Of a DNA stretch of 64,000 bases, positions 9,445-18,414 are shown one piece after another. Source of the DNA: Rhodospirillaceae bacterium (lineage in GTDB: Bacteria; Pseudomonadota; Alphaproteobacteria; UBA828); the NCBI GenBank assembly GCA_018666805.1, contig JABIXB010000250.1, positions 12,557 through 76,556 on the forward strand, given 5' to 3'. A model generated the notes under the pieces. It was not told the origin of the DNA and made no database searches. It saw nothing but the letters and a program-made list of their open reading frames with translations. Positions within the stretch are counted from its first letter, which is position 1. The number at the start of each line of letters is the position of its first letter. Made by a program: the position numbers and the translations under genes.

Positions 9445-11483
9445 TTTGAATCCTCCGAGACGTAAATTCGGATATTGAGCCATTCGTCCACTTCGACCCT
9501 GACACCGGGTGGGATCACCGTGGTCGAATCAAGCTGTTCGACAATCGCCGGGCCATTGAAGGTGGAACCGGCGCCGAGGTCTTCATGTTGATAAATCGGC
9601 GTATCCACCGGTGCGTCGAGCTCGTCGAAGGCGACCATACGGGTGGTGTTGGCGCTCGGCGTGCCGCCGGTTTTTTCGTGTTTTTGTAATTCGGCTTTTT
9701 GCGTGACGCCGATTGCGGTGAGGTTGAGGCGGAATAGATCGACGCCGGCATCGTCGCGGCGGAAGGCGTATTCGCGTTCATGGTCGCGGTGGAAGGCCTC
9801 AATTGCCTCCTCGACCGAATTAAACGGCGCGCCGACCGGGACCGTGAGCGAGCGCCATTGGCCCTCATACATCATGTCGATGGCGCGTTGCAGCAGCATG
9901 TCTTTGGCGGCGACACCCTCAGCTTCGAGCCGCTCGCGCGCCTCGTTTTCCATCTCGGCAAATTTGGCCTCGATGTCGCCGGCGTCAGCTTCGCTGGCGG
10001 ATTTGAGATAGCTTTGCGCCAGATCGTGGCGGATATCGACAAGCAGGCAGCCAAGCGCCGAGGTAACGCCCGGATTGGGCGGCACGATGACGGTTGGAAT
10101 GGCCAATTCCTTGGCCAGCGCCACGCCGTGCAGCGCACCGGCGCCACCAAAGGCGACAAGCGCGAAATCGCGCGGATCGTAGCCCCGGCTGATTGAAATC
10201 AAGCGCACCGCATCGGCCATATTGGCGTTGGCGACGCTGACAATCGATTTGGCGGCATCATCCATGCTCATGCCGAGCGGCTCGGCAACGCCGGTTTTGA
10301 CCGCGGTTTCTGCGGCACCCCGGTCGAGCGTAATATTGCCGCCGGCGAGCGAGGTGCCGAGCCGGCCCAAGGCGACATTGGCGTCGGTGTTGGTCGGCAC
10401 GTCATTGCCGCGGCCATAGCAGGCCGGGCCCGGATCGGCGCCGGCCGATTGCGGGCCGTTATGCAATGCGCCAACATCGTCGATCCAGGCGAGCGAGCCG
10501 CCGCCGGCGCCGATGGTAAGCACTTCGATACTGGGGAAGCGGATCGGATGGCCGAACTCAATGCCCCAATCCTTGGTGACGCGCGACTGCCCGCCATAGA
10601 CCAGCGACACGTCGCAGCTTGTGCCGCCCATATCGAGGCCGATCGAATTTTCGTAGCCGCACAGCATGGCGATATGGCGGCTGGCGATGGCGCCGGCAGC
10701 GATGCCGGAGCCGGCCAGACGCCCGGCGAAGCGCGCAGCCGTGGCCGGCGTCATTACGCCGCCGCCGGAATGGAGCAACAACAGGTCGCTGGCGTAGCCG
10801 CCTTCTTTCAGTTGCTCGCTCATGCGCTGGACATAGCGCCCGATCACCGGGCTCAAAATGGAATTGACCACCGTGGTGGAGAAGCGTTCATGCTCAAAAA
10901 TCTCAGGCAGCGTGTCGCTCGAGGTGATGATATCCGCACCCGGCATTTCAGCGACCAGGATTTCGCGCAGGCGCTGCTCATGCGCCGGGTTCATATAGGA
11001 GTTCATCAGGCAGATGGCGACCGATTCCACGCCGCGCTTTTTGAGCACCCGCGCCACTTCGCGCGCCTCGTCTTCGTTGAGCGCTTCGACCACTTCGCCG
11101 GCCTGATCGATGCGCTCGCTCACCACCAGCCGGTCACGGCGGCGGATATAGGGCGGCGCCACGTCTTTATAGGTGTCCCACAGCTCTTCCTTATTGGCGC
11201 GGCGGATCTCAATCACATCGCGGAAGCCGCGCGTACACACCATGGCGGCGGGTGGCAGACGGCGCGTGATCAGCGCGTTGGTCGCCACCGTGGTGCCGTG
11301 CGAAAACAGCGAGACATCGTTGAGGTCGACCTTGGCCTCGCCGAGGCCGTTCATGGCGCCCTCCAACGGGTCGTCCGGGGTCGACGGCGTTTTGGCCACG
11401 CGGACCTTGCCGCTGGCCTCGTCCATGATGCAAATATCCGTAAATGTTCCGCCGATATCGACGGCTACCCTGAGGTTCGACAC
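9441..11483 (-). CDS. hyuA: hydantoinase A / oxoprolinase family protein (HyuA)
   Basis: 680 aa. N-terminal VAVDIGGTFTD ATPase motif and internal DMGGTSCD and GAGGGS motifs of the hydantoinase/oxoprolinase A subunit. Translationally coupled to hyuB. Confidence 0.85.
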   Translation of the reverse strand: MSNLRVAVDIGGTFTDICIMDEASGKVRVAKTPSTPDDPLEGAMNGLGEAKVDLNDVSLFSHGTTVATNALITRRLPPAAMVCTRGFRDVIEIRRANKEELWDTYKDVAPPYIRRRDRLVVSERIDQAGEVVEALNEDEAREVARVLKKRGVESVAICLMNSYMNPAHEQRLREILVAEMPGADIITSSDTLPEIFEHERFSTTVVNSILSPVIGRYVQRMSEQLKEGGYASDLLLLHSGGGVMTPATAARFAGRLAGSGIAAGAIASRHIAMLCGYENSIGLDMGGTSCDVSLVYGGQSRVTKDWGIEFGHPIRFPSIEVLTIGAGGGSLAWIDDVGALHNGPQSAGADPGPACYGRGNDVPTNTDANVALGRLGTSLAGGNITLDRGAAETAVKTGVAEPLGMSMDDAAKSIVSVANANMADAVRLISISRGYDPRDFALVAFGGAGALHGVALAKELAIPTVIVPPNPGVTSALGCLLVDIRHDLAQSYLKSASEADAGDIEAKFAEMENEARERLEAEGVAAKDMLLQRAIDMMYEGQWRSLTVPVGAPFNSVEEAIEAFHRDHEREYAFRRDDAGVDLFRLNLTAIGVTQKAELQKHEKTGGTPSANTTRMVAFDELDAPVDTPIYQHEDLGAGSTFNGPAIVEQLDSTTVIPPGVRVEVDEWLNIRIYVSEDSK

Positions 11484-11717
11484 GTCTGCCCCGCTCTAGC
11501 TGGTTGTGCGTAAGGGGCCACTTTATCCGTCGCGCCCGGCAGGTCAATTGCAACTGTGGTACCAACGGGCCATAAGAATAACCCGTTGTATTGGCCCCTC
11601 AAATGCCGGGCGTTCGCATCCGCTCTCTTGGCTACCTCGCGCATGCTCGGGCGCTCATTTCCAAAAACCCTCAAGCGCCGGGCGGCCACATCCGTGACCT
11701 TGGCTTGGGCGCGCTTG

Positions 11718-11748
11718 GGGAAGGCGATGGGTCGGACCCATCGCCTTC
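11718..11748. repeat. perfect 15-bp-arm inverted repeat (ggaaggcgatgggtc g gacccatcgccttcc)
   Basis: Read directly: arms 11718-11732 and 11734-11748 are exact reverse complements with a 1-nt spacer. Lies 6 nt downstream of the MFS transporter stop and about 235 nt upstream of the hyuA start. No U-tract follows. Confidence 0.8.
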
Positions 11749-11753
11749 CGGTA

Positions 11754-12965
11754 TCAATTGCCCGGTTTGGCGCTCGCCCAGCGTAATGCGGCGATGGTGA
11801 GAAGACTGAGCGCGGCGAAACCGCCGACCAACGGCAACAGCGTGCCATCGAAACTCTGCCCGATCACGGTGCCGAGGATGGCGGCAATAAAAAGGCCGAT
11901 GGAGCCAACGACACTGGCGCCAACGCCGGCAATATGGCCGAGTGGCTGCATTGCCATGGCATTCAGATTGCCGAACAAAATGCCGAGGCAAAAGAACATG
12001 GCGGAGAGATAAAGCATCATGCTCCAAAGTGGCGGCACGCCACCATCGGCATAGGAGATGGCAAAGAAGGCAACCGACATGACCGCCTGGGCGAGCGCCG
12101 AAAGGCGGCACAGAGTGCGCATATCGATTGTCGCCACGAGGCGGGAATTGGCGATGGTGGCGATGCCCACCGCCAGCGCCAGGCCGGAGAAATAGAACGG
12201 AAAATAATCGCCGACGGCGTAGATATCCTGGAAAATCTGCCGCGCCGAGTTGATATAGCCGAAGATCGCGCCGAACGCGAAGCCGCTGGCGATAGTATGG
12301 CCGATGGCAACACGCGTGGTGAAAGTCTCGAGCATGGCGGCGGTGATCGGGCGGAGCGCAAACGGCCGGCGTGCCTCCTTGGCCAGGGTTTCCGGCTGGC
12401 GCAGAGAGAACCAAGCCAGCACCGCCACGCCCAACAGCAATAGCAGGACAAATATGAAGCGCCACGGCGCGATAAGCAGAATCCCCTGGCCGATAAAGGG
12501 CGCGAGGATCGGTCCGGTGATAAAGACGGTAATGATGATCGACATCACGCGCGCCATGGCCGGGCCAACGAATTGATCGCGCACCAAGGCCATCGTGACA
12601 ATGCGTGGCCCGGCGGCGCCGAGACCCTGCAGAAAGCGCCCGGCCAACATGGTCGGGAAATCGGTCGCCACCAGGCAAACGATGCTGCCGGCGATAAACA
12701 CAGCGAGGCCGGCATAGATCGCCGGTTTGCGCCCGACGCTGTCCGACAGCGGGCCGTAAAATAATTGCCCAATCGCCATGCCGAGCACCAGCGCGGTGAC
12801 GATATATTGCGTTTCGTTGGCGCTATTGAGCCCGAGGTCATTGCCGATCAGGGCGAGGGCCGGAATCATGACGTCGACTGAAAGCGCGAACACCGACATC
12901 ATGAACGCCGCAAGGGCGATGAATTCGGGGCCGCGCAAAGCTGGCCGCGCGCGCGTGTTGGTCAT
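11754..12965 (-). CDS. MFS transporter, Bcr/CflA drug-resistance subfamily-like
   Basis: 403 aa with 12 predicted hydrophobic segments and the MFS motif (GPLSDSVGRKPAIYAGL). The overlapping same-strand ORF 11671-12678 was rejected as an off-frame artefact. Confidence 0.8.
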   Translation of the reverse strand: MTNTRARPALRGPEFIALAAFMMSVFALSVDVMIPALALIGNDLGLNSANETQYIVTALVLGMAIGQLFYGPLSDSVGRKPAIYAGLAVFIAGSIVCLVATDFPTMLAGRFLQGLGAAGPRIVTMALVRDQFVGPAMARVMSIIITVFITGPILAPFIGQGILLIAPWRFIFVLLLLLGVAVLAWFSLRQPETLAKEARRPFALRPITAAMLETFTTRVAIGHTIASGFAFGAIFGYINSARQIFQDIYAVGDYFPFYFSGLALAVGIATIANSRLVATIDMRTLCRLSALAQAVMSVAFFAISYADGGVPPLWSMMLYLSAMFFCLGILFGNLNAMAMQPLGHIAGVGASVVGSIGLFIAAILGTVIGQSFDGTLLPLVGGFAALSLLTIAALRWASAKPGN

Positions 12966-12991
12966 GTCGGGGGTCGTTTTCTCAGTCTTGG

Positions 12992-13906
12992 TTATCCGCT
13001 GGCCTGAAGCTGGGCGCGGAAGAAGGCTACGTTTACCACCAATTCCGGTAGGAGATAATGGAATAGTTCCGTGACCGGGAGGATTTCACCCAGCGGCGCG
13101 TCCTGCCCTGCCGCCGCTTGCAATGCTTCGGCGTTAAGGCCGCCCGGATTGGGCAGGCCGTTTGCCAACGCCAGCGCGCGATCATAAACCCGGTTGGCGA
13201 GCGCCTTATGCGCCGCCGTTTGCGCCGACGGTTTGAGGTCGCCCCAGGCCAAGGCAAAAAAACTCGGCCAGCGCGCCAGGGCGCGGTAATCAGTGTTGAC
13301 GAACGGCAATCCCAACGTCGCCATAATGTCGTCATAGACGGCTTGCGTCGGGCCATCGGCATGGTGGCGCTCCATCAGCAGAAAGGGCTGGGAGACATCC
13401 GGCGCGTGGCGGCCTTCGAACGCCGCCGCCGTATCGCCCGCTTGGCCGAAACTGCCGCCCAATAGCAGCGAGCGGGTCAGGGTGGCGATCATCAGGTAGG
13501 GGAAATTGCCGTGTGAGAAAATCTCGATCATGGCGCGGATATTATCGACCTCGCGCGCGCCATAGCCAGCCTCAGCAAGCCGCGCGTTGATTGCCGGCGG
13601 CCCCAAATTCTCGACCTCATCCTCGCAATAGGCGCGCAGCTCGCGCACCGCTGCAACGAAAGGCTGACTGGCGCAAAGTGGCCGCAAGCCGCGCCACAAT
13701 TCACCGAAAAAGTTCGGATAGTGGGCGAAGGCCATGGTCACAACGCCCATCCACGGCACTTGCAGCACCGCTTTCATATCACCGTAGCGCGCCGCCAACT
13801 CGCCCTCGGCGGCATATTCCGGCAGCGGGCGGATGGCGGGCAGGGGGTTGGGCAAATGGCGCGGCGGGGTGCCGAGGCCGGTTGACGGATTGCCGGCAAT
13901 TGTCAT
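12992..13906 (-). CDS. DehI-family protein (halocarboxylic acid dehydrogenase / group I 2-haloacid dehalogenase-like)
   Basis: 304 aa. Resembles my recollection of Pseudomonas putida DehI (YGDMKAVLQVPWMG vs YEDIRLTLRVPWV; FSHGNFPYLMIATLTRSL vs FNYGNPKYLLLITAL). The family call rests on memory, not a search. Confidence 0.45.
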   Translation of the reverse strand: MTIAGNPSTGLGTPPRHLPNPLPAIRPLPEYAAEGELAARYGDMKAVLQVPWMGVVTMAFAHYPNFFGELWRGLRPLCASQPFVAAVRELRAYCEDEVENLGPPAINARLAEAGYGAREVDNIRAMIEIFSHGNFPYLMIATLTRSLLLGGSFGQAGDTAAAFEGRHAPDVSQPFLLMERHHADGPTQAVYDDIMATLGLPFVNTDYRALARWPSFFALAWGDLKPSAQTAAHKALANRVYDRALALANGLPNPGGLNAEALQAAAGQDAPLGEILPVTELFHYLLPELVVNVAFFRAQLQASG

Positions 13907-14054
13907 GTGGTCATTGTCCTTTGCGCAAGATCGTCATTGCCAGTATTGAATCCGAGAATACAATTCGCCGGCCGGGGGGAGCTGGCACTGATGCTTGTCG
14001 CAGCACAGGCGGCCATCACGTAGTTCATCAATTTACTTTAGCAGGAAACACGAT

Positions 14055-14957
14055 ATGAGCACGAAAATCGGATTCATTGGCCTTGGAACCATGGGCAAGG
14101 TGATGTCGCGCCGGCTGATGGCGGCGGGCTATCCGCTCACTGTTTGGAACCGCACCAAGGAAAGCGGCGACGAGCTGGTTGCGGAAGGCGCTACCTGGGC
14201 CAATTCACCGAAAGAAGTCGCCGCCGCGTCGGAGGTGGTGTTCACCATGACCAGCGATGCCGCTGCGTCGGAGGAAGTCATCTGCGGCCCGAACGGCGTG
14301 CTTGAAGGCGCGCATGACGGGCTGGTGGTGATCGATTCGGCGAGCATCGCGCCGGAAGCCTCGCAGGCCAACGCGGCCAGGGCCGAGGAGAAAGGCGTGG
14401 CACTCTTGGATGCGCCCGTCTCGGGCGGCCCCAAGGTGGCGGAGAACGGCGCCCTTGGCATTATGGTCGGCGGCCCGGAGGCGGGCTTTAAGATCGCCGA
14501 ACCGATCCTGAATGAGCTTGGCAAAATGGTGCTTTACACCGGCGCCAGCGGCAACGGTACGACGCTCAAGCTGATCGCCAATTTGGTGATGGGCGTGACC
14601 ATTCAGGCCTCCGCCGAAGCGCTCGTCCTCGCCGCCAAAATCGGTATCGATCCGCAGACCGTGATCGACATCACCTCGCTGCCCGGCACCGGTCCGCAAA
14701 CCGGCGCCATGGCGACGCGCGGCCCGCGCATGATCGCGCAGAATTTCTTCCCGCCGCATTTTTCGACCAACAATATGGACAAGGATCTAACCGGCGCCAT
14801 GCGGCTCGGCGAGAAATACGGCGTCTCGTTGCCGACCGTCAGCGCGTCACGGGAAATGCTGCGCGCGGTGAAATCACAAGGCAACGGCCATATCGATTCG
14901 AGCGCGGTCGTCACCGTGCTCGAAGCCATGGCCGATACCTCTGTGGCGAAGAAATAA
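14055..14957 (+). CDS. NAD(P)-dependent oxidoreductase, 3-hydroxyisobutyrate dehydrogenase / tartronate semialdehyde reductase family
   Basis: N-terminal KIGFIGLGTMGKVMSRRL Rossmann motif, followed by the 6-phosphogluconate-DH-like NAD-binding pattern (DAPVSGG). ATG 14055 chosen with AGGAAA upstream. The track start 13995 adds a non-conserved leader. Confidence 0.8.
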   Translation: MSTKIGFIGLGTMGKVMSRRLMAAGYPLTVWNRTKESGDELVAEGATWANSPKEVAAASEVVFTMTSDAAASEEVICGPNGVLEGAHDGLVVIDSASIAPEASQANAARAEEKGVALLDAPVSGGPKVAENGALGIMVGGPEAGFKIAEPILNELGKMVLYTGASGNGTTLKLIANLVMGVTIQASAEALVLAAKIGIDPQTVIDITSLPGTGPQTGAMATRGPRMIAQNFFPPHFSTNNMDKDLTGAMRLGEKYGVSLPTVSASREMLRAVKSQGNGHIDSSAVVTVLEAMADTSVAKK

Positions 14958-14983
14958 TTCACTTAAATTAGGAGAACAAGAAA

Positions 14984-15361
14984 ATGGCAAAAACAAAATT
15001 GGTGCCGAAGAGCTGGATTCCGGCCGGCCCCTACAGCCTCGGCACCCAGCTCGGCAATCTCGCCTTCCTCTCGGGCCAGATCGCCACGGCCAATGACGGC
15101 TCGATCATCGGCGACACCGTCCAGGCGCAGACCGAAATCGTCATCGACAAGATGGTCGAGATTCTCGATGAGGCGGGTATGACGCTCGACGATGTGCTGC
15201 AGACCACCGTCTATCTGCAAACGCTCGATGATTATAACGGCATGAACGAGGTTTATTCGGCCCGCTTCAAGGAGACGTTCCCAGCCCGCGCCACGGTGCG
15301 CGCCGATCTCGCCGGCGCCGGATTGCTGGTCGAAATTTCCTGCATCGCCGGGCGCGATTAA
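14984..15361 (+). CDS. ridA: RidA family protein (YjgF/L-PSP reactive-intermediate deaminase)
   Basis: 125 aa. Typical RidA length and C-terminal pattern (PARATVRADLAGAGLLVEISCIA). GGAGAA SD. Confidence 0.75.
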   Translation: MAKTKLVPKSWIPAGPYSLGTQLGNLAFLSGQIATANDGSIIGDTVQAQTEIVIDKMVEILDEAGMTLDDVLQTTVYLQTLDDYNGMNEVYSARFKETFPARATVRADLAGAGLLVEISCIAGRD

Positions 15362-15384
15362 CCTCCAGCTCGCACTAAACCGGC

Positions 15385-16089
15385 ATGAGCAAAAAACCGG
15401 TATTGATGCTGACCCATATGGCCGCCCGGGATGCGGGGCAGATTGCCGTCATCCTGGGCGATATGGGCCATCCGGTTGAGACCGCGCGCCTCAACAAGGG
15501 CGATGCGCTGCCCGAGGATATCGAAAGCTATGCCGGCTTCGCCTCGTTCGGCGGCGCGATGAGCGCCAATGACGAGCATGTCGATTTCATCCGCGATGAG
15601 ATCGCCTGGATGGGCCGCGTTATGGCGGCAGACAAACCGCTGCTCGGGCTATGCCTCGGCGGCCAGCTCATGGCGCGCGCGCTTGGCGCCCGCGTCGGGC
15701 CGCATCCGGACGGGACCTATGAGTTCGGCTATTACCCGGTCACACCGATCGAGGGGTCGGGCGATTTGCAAATGGCGGCGACGCTCAATGTTTGCCTGCG
15801 CCACGGCGAGGCGTTTGAGGTACCGGATGGCGCGCAACACCTGGCCACGGGCGAAAGCTTTCCCAACATGGCCTTCCGCTACGGCGCCGCCGGCTTCGCC
15901 TTGCAGTTCCATCCCGAAGTGAATGACGAAATACTTTCCGGCTGGCACAAAGACGGGCCGCCACCGGATATAAATAATCCCGGCGCGCAAAGCGCGGACG
16001 AACAATTTGCCGGCCGGGATGCCCATGAAGAGGCGATGCATGACTGGCTACGCAAGTTTTTAACCCATTGGCTCGGCCTCGGGAGTTAA
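15385..16089 (+). CDS. class I glutamine amidotransferase-like protein (GATase1 domain)
   Basis: 234 aa. LLGLCLGGQL nucleophile-elbow motif and a HPE triad remnant (LQFHPEVN). Confidence 0.65.
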   Translation: MSKKPVLMLTHMAARDAGQIAVILGDMGHPVETARLNKGDALPEDIESYAGFASFGGAMSANDEHVDFIRDEIAWMGRVMAADKPLLGLCLGGQLMARALGARVGPHPDGTYEFGYYPVTPIEGSGDLQMAATLNVCLRHGEAFEVPDGAQHLATGESFPNMAFRYGAAGFALQFHPEVNDEILSGWHKDGPPPDINNPGAQSADEQFAGRDAHEEAMHDWLRKFLTHWLGLGS

Positions 16090-16171
16090 ACCGTGTATAA
16101 ATTGTGGTTAATTTAATTCTCAGACAATATAGCCTCTTGCGAGGGGAATATTTTAGCGGGGAGCGAGAGGC

Positions 16172-17212
16172 ATGATTTTTCGCCAGCTTTTTCATCAGGA
16201 GACGGGCACCTATACCTATCTCCTCGCCGGCCGCAGTGGCGGCGAGGCGATGCTGATCGATCCGGTACTCGATCGTGCCGACCGTTACATGCAGCTCCTC
16301 GAAGAGCTTGACCTGAAGCTGGTCAAGGTCGTCGACACCCACGTTCATGCCGATCACATCACCGCCATGGGCGAACTGCGCGACCGCACCAAATGCGTCA
16401 CCGTGATGGGCGAGGAGGCGCCGGTCGATGTCGTCTCCATGCGGGTCAAGGATGGCGATATGGTGACGATCGAGGGCGTCCAGTTGGAAACTCTCTACAC
16501 GCCCGGCCACACCATCGATTCCTATTGTTTCAAAATGACCGATCGCGTGTTCACCGGCGATACCCTTCTGATCCGGGGCTCCGGGCGGACGGACTTCCAA
16601 AGCGGCAGTTCCCGCGCGGCCTATGATTCCATCTTCAGCAAACTCCTCACTCTGCCCGACAACATGCTGGTCTATCCCGGGCACGATTATAAGGGCGATA
16701 CGGTCAGCACCATCGGCGAGGAGAAGGCGCATAACCCGCGCTTGCAGGTTTCAAACGCCGATGAATATGTCGCCATCATGGACAATCTCAATCTGGCCAA
16801 CCCTTCCCAGATGGATGTCGCGGTGCCGGCCAATATTGCCATGGGCCTTGGCCAGAGCGATGCCGCGCATCCCGATTGGGCGCTCACGGTCGGTCAATTG
16901 ATGGCCTTGCAGGAAACCAGCGACCTGGCCCTGGTCGATTTGCGCGAAGACAGCGAGCGCGCCAATTACGGCCAAATCCCTGGCTCAATTCATGCGCCGT
17001 ATGGTTCTCTCGACACCCTTATCGGGCCGGGCGGCTTGTTGCGCGAAATGGCCGCCGCAGCAGACAAGCCGCTGATCTATTACTGCGCTTACGGCGAGCG
17101 CTCGGCCATGGCGGTGCAGGCCTCCAAGGATAGTGGTTTGGAAAATATCCGCCATCTGATCGGCGGCATCGCCGCCTGGGTCGAGGCCGGCGGGCCGATC
17201 CAGAAAGATTAG
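16172..17212 (+). CDS. persulfide dioxygenase (MBL-fold, ETHE1-like) fused to a C-terminal rhodanese domain
   Basis: N-terminal HVHADH metal-binding motif of the MBL fold with the ETHE1-like layout. C-terminal rhodanese active-site loop YCAYGERS. 346 aa. Confidence 0.75.
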   Translation: MIFRQLFHQETGTYTYLLAGRSGGEAMLIDPVLDRADRYMQLLEELDLKLVKVVDTHVHADHITAMGELRDRTKCVTVMGEEAPVDVVSMRVKDGDMVTIEGVQLETLYTPGHTIDSYCFKMTDRVFTGDTLLIRGSGRTDFQSGSSRAAYDSIFSKLLTLPDNMLVYPGHDYKGDTVSTIGEEKAHNPRLQVSNADEYVAIMDNLNLANPSQMDVAVPANIAMGLGQSDAAHPDWALTVGQLMALQETSDLALVDLREDSERANYGQIPGSIHAPYGSLDTLIGPGGLLREMAAAADKPLIYYCAYGERSAMAVQASKDSGLENIRHLIGGIAAWVEAGGPIQKD

Positions 17213-17457
17213 CTTTGGACGGCGGCGCTCCAGGCGCCGGTGTATTTGTTGACCTCGACCGTCTTAATAATATCACCGTCCGGTGAAATAATATCGGCGC
17301 GCAGAAACTCCTCGCCATGTGTACGTATCGCGCCGACCGCGCGGTCTGTGCGCCGCTCCTGGCGAAAACGTTCCTCGAGAATTTGCCGCACATCTTCCGG
17401 CGACAGCTCCTCCTTGGCCGGCGTGACATAGGTGAAAAGGTCGTAGAACTTGATCAT
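17209..17457 (-). CDS. small hypothetical protein (82 aa)
   Basis: ORF with protein-like, non-GC-skewed composition (K/E/I rich). ATG at 17457; the track's TTG at 17463 is an alternative start. Stop overlaps the PDO-rhodanese stop by 4 nt (convergent). Co-directional 36 nt downstream of the DMT transporter. Confidence 0.4.
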   Translation of the reverse strand: MIKFYDLFTYVTPAKEELSPEDVRQILEERFRQERRTDRAVGAIRTHGEEFLRADIISPDGDIIKTVEVNKYTGAWSAAVQS

Positions 17458-17499
17458 GCGCAATTTTGTCCGCTCTTGAGCACAGTGCCTTGACCTTGA

Positions 17500-18414
17500 T
17501 CAAGCACGCTTGCGCTGGCTCATACCATAACGCTGCGCAAGCCACACGCCGGCGAGAATGATAACGCAGCCGGCGGCTTGCAGGGGGCCGAGCGCTTCGG
17601 CGAGAATCACCCAGCCCAATATCGCCGCCACCACCGGCTCGCCGAGGAAGGCGACCGAGGCGAACGACGCCGGCAGGTGGGCCAGGGCATAGGCGGCGAG
17701 CCCCTGGCCGAGCACATGGGCAAGCAGCGCCAGGCCAATAATCATCGACCAGCCAAACAGGCTTTCCGCGACAAAACCCTCGCCAGTGAGAAGCGCCGCC
17801 AGTAACAGGCCGGGCAGGCTGAAAACGCCGCTCCAAAACATGATCGCGCCTGTCGGCAGATTGCCGCGCAGGTGTTTGATGGTGAGCAGGTAGGAGCCGA
17901 AGAAAAACGCCGTGACGATGCCGAACATGTCGCCCAAAAGATCGCCGCCGCCAAACGCCAGCGACGAGCCCATCAAGGCCGCGCCGCCGATCAGGGTGAG
18001 GGCAAAGCCGGCGAGAAATCCGCGCGAGATTTGTTCGCCGAAAATCAACCGCGCGCCAACAATGACGAAGATCGGCGAGGAACAGGCGAGGAAGGTTGAA
18101 TTGGCGACATTGGTGAGCGTGATCGACCAGTGCCAAAACACCAGGTCGCCCGACCAGAACACACCTGATAGCGCCAATATCAGCCAGTCGCTGCGCCCGA
18201 TCCGGCGCGGCTCCTTAGGGGGGCCATTTCTCGCCGGCCGGCGCTCGAGCGACAGCCACAGAAGCAGAAACGGCAGCGCGAAGGCGACGCGGTAAAGCGC
18301 CGTGGCATTGGGGCCAAGCTCGGAGAGGCGCATAAACACCGGCGCGAAGCCGACACCAACAATGCCGACCGCGAGCGCGGCAAGGGCGAGGCGTGTGGTC
18401 AGCGCCGAGGGCAA
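17500..18414 (-). CDS. DMT-superfamily transporter (EamA domain pair)
   Basis: 304 aa with about 10 hydrophobic segments arranged as two EamA-like halves. Confidence 0.75.
   Translation of the reverse strand: MPSALTTRLALAALAVGIVGVGFAPVFMRLSELGPNATALYRVAFALPFLLLWLSLERRPARNGPPKEPRRIGRSDWLILALSGVFWSGDLVFWHWSITLTNVANSTFLACSSPIFVIVGARLIFGEQISRGFLAGFALTLIGGAALMGSSLAFGGGDLLGDMFGIVTAFFFGSYLLTIKHLRGNLPTGAIMFWSGVFSLPGLLLAALLTGEGFVAESLFGWSMIIGLALLAHVLGQGLAAYALAHLPASFASVAFLGEPVVAAILGWVILAEALGPLQAAGCVIILAGVWLAQRYGMSQRKRA

Noticed and set aside
7711-9465. 584-aa plus-strand ORF
   Set aside because: Antisense shadow of hyuB (7435-9444). Repetitive A/R/G/D composition. Rejected in favour of the motif-bearing minus-strand gene.
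10449-11513. 354-aa plus-strand ORF
   Set aside because: Antisense to hyuA. Shadow ORF.
11671-12678. 335-aa minus-strand ORF overlapping the MFS gene in another frame
   Set aside because: Same strand but off-frame relative to the 12-TM MFS ORF. Its translation is Arg/Pro/Gly-rich with no TM pattern. The MFS frame is clearly the real one.
15785-16732. 315-aa minus-strand ORF across the GATase1 and PDO-rhodanese genes
   Set aside because: Antisense shadow spanning two independent plus-strand genes and their intergenic region.
17273-18136. 287-aa minus-strand ORF overlapping the DMT transporter in another frame
   Set aside because: Off-frame relative to the hydrophobic EamA-type ORF (17500-18414). 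Arg-rich translation.
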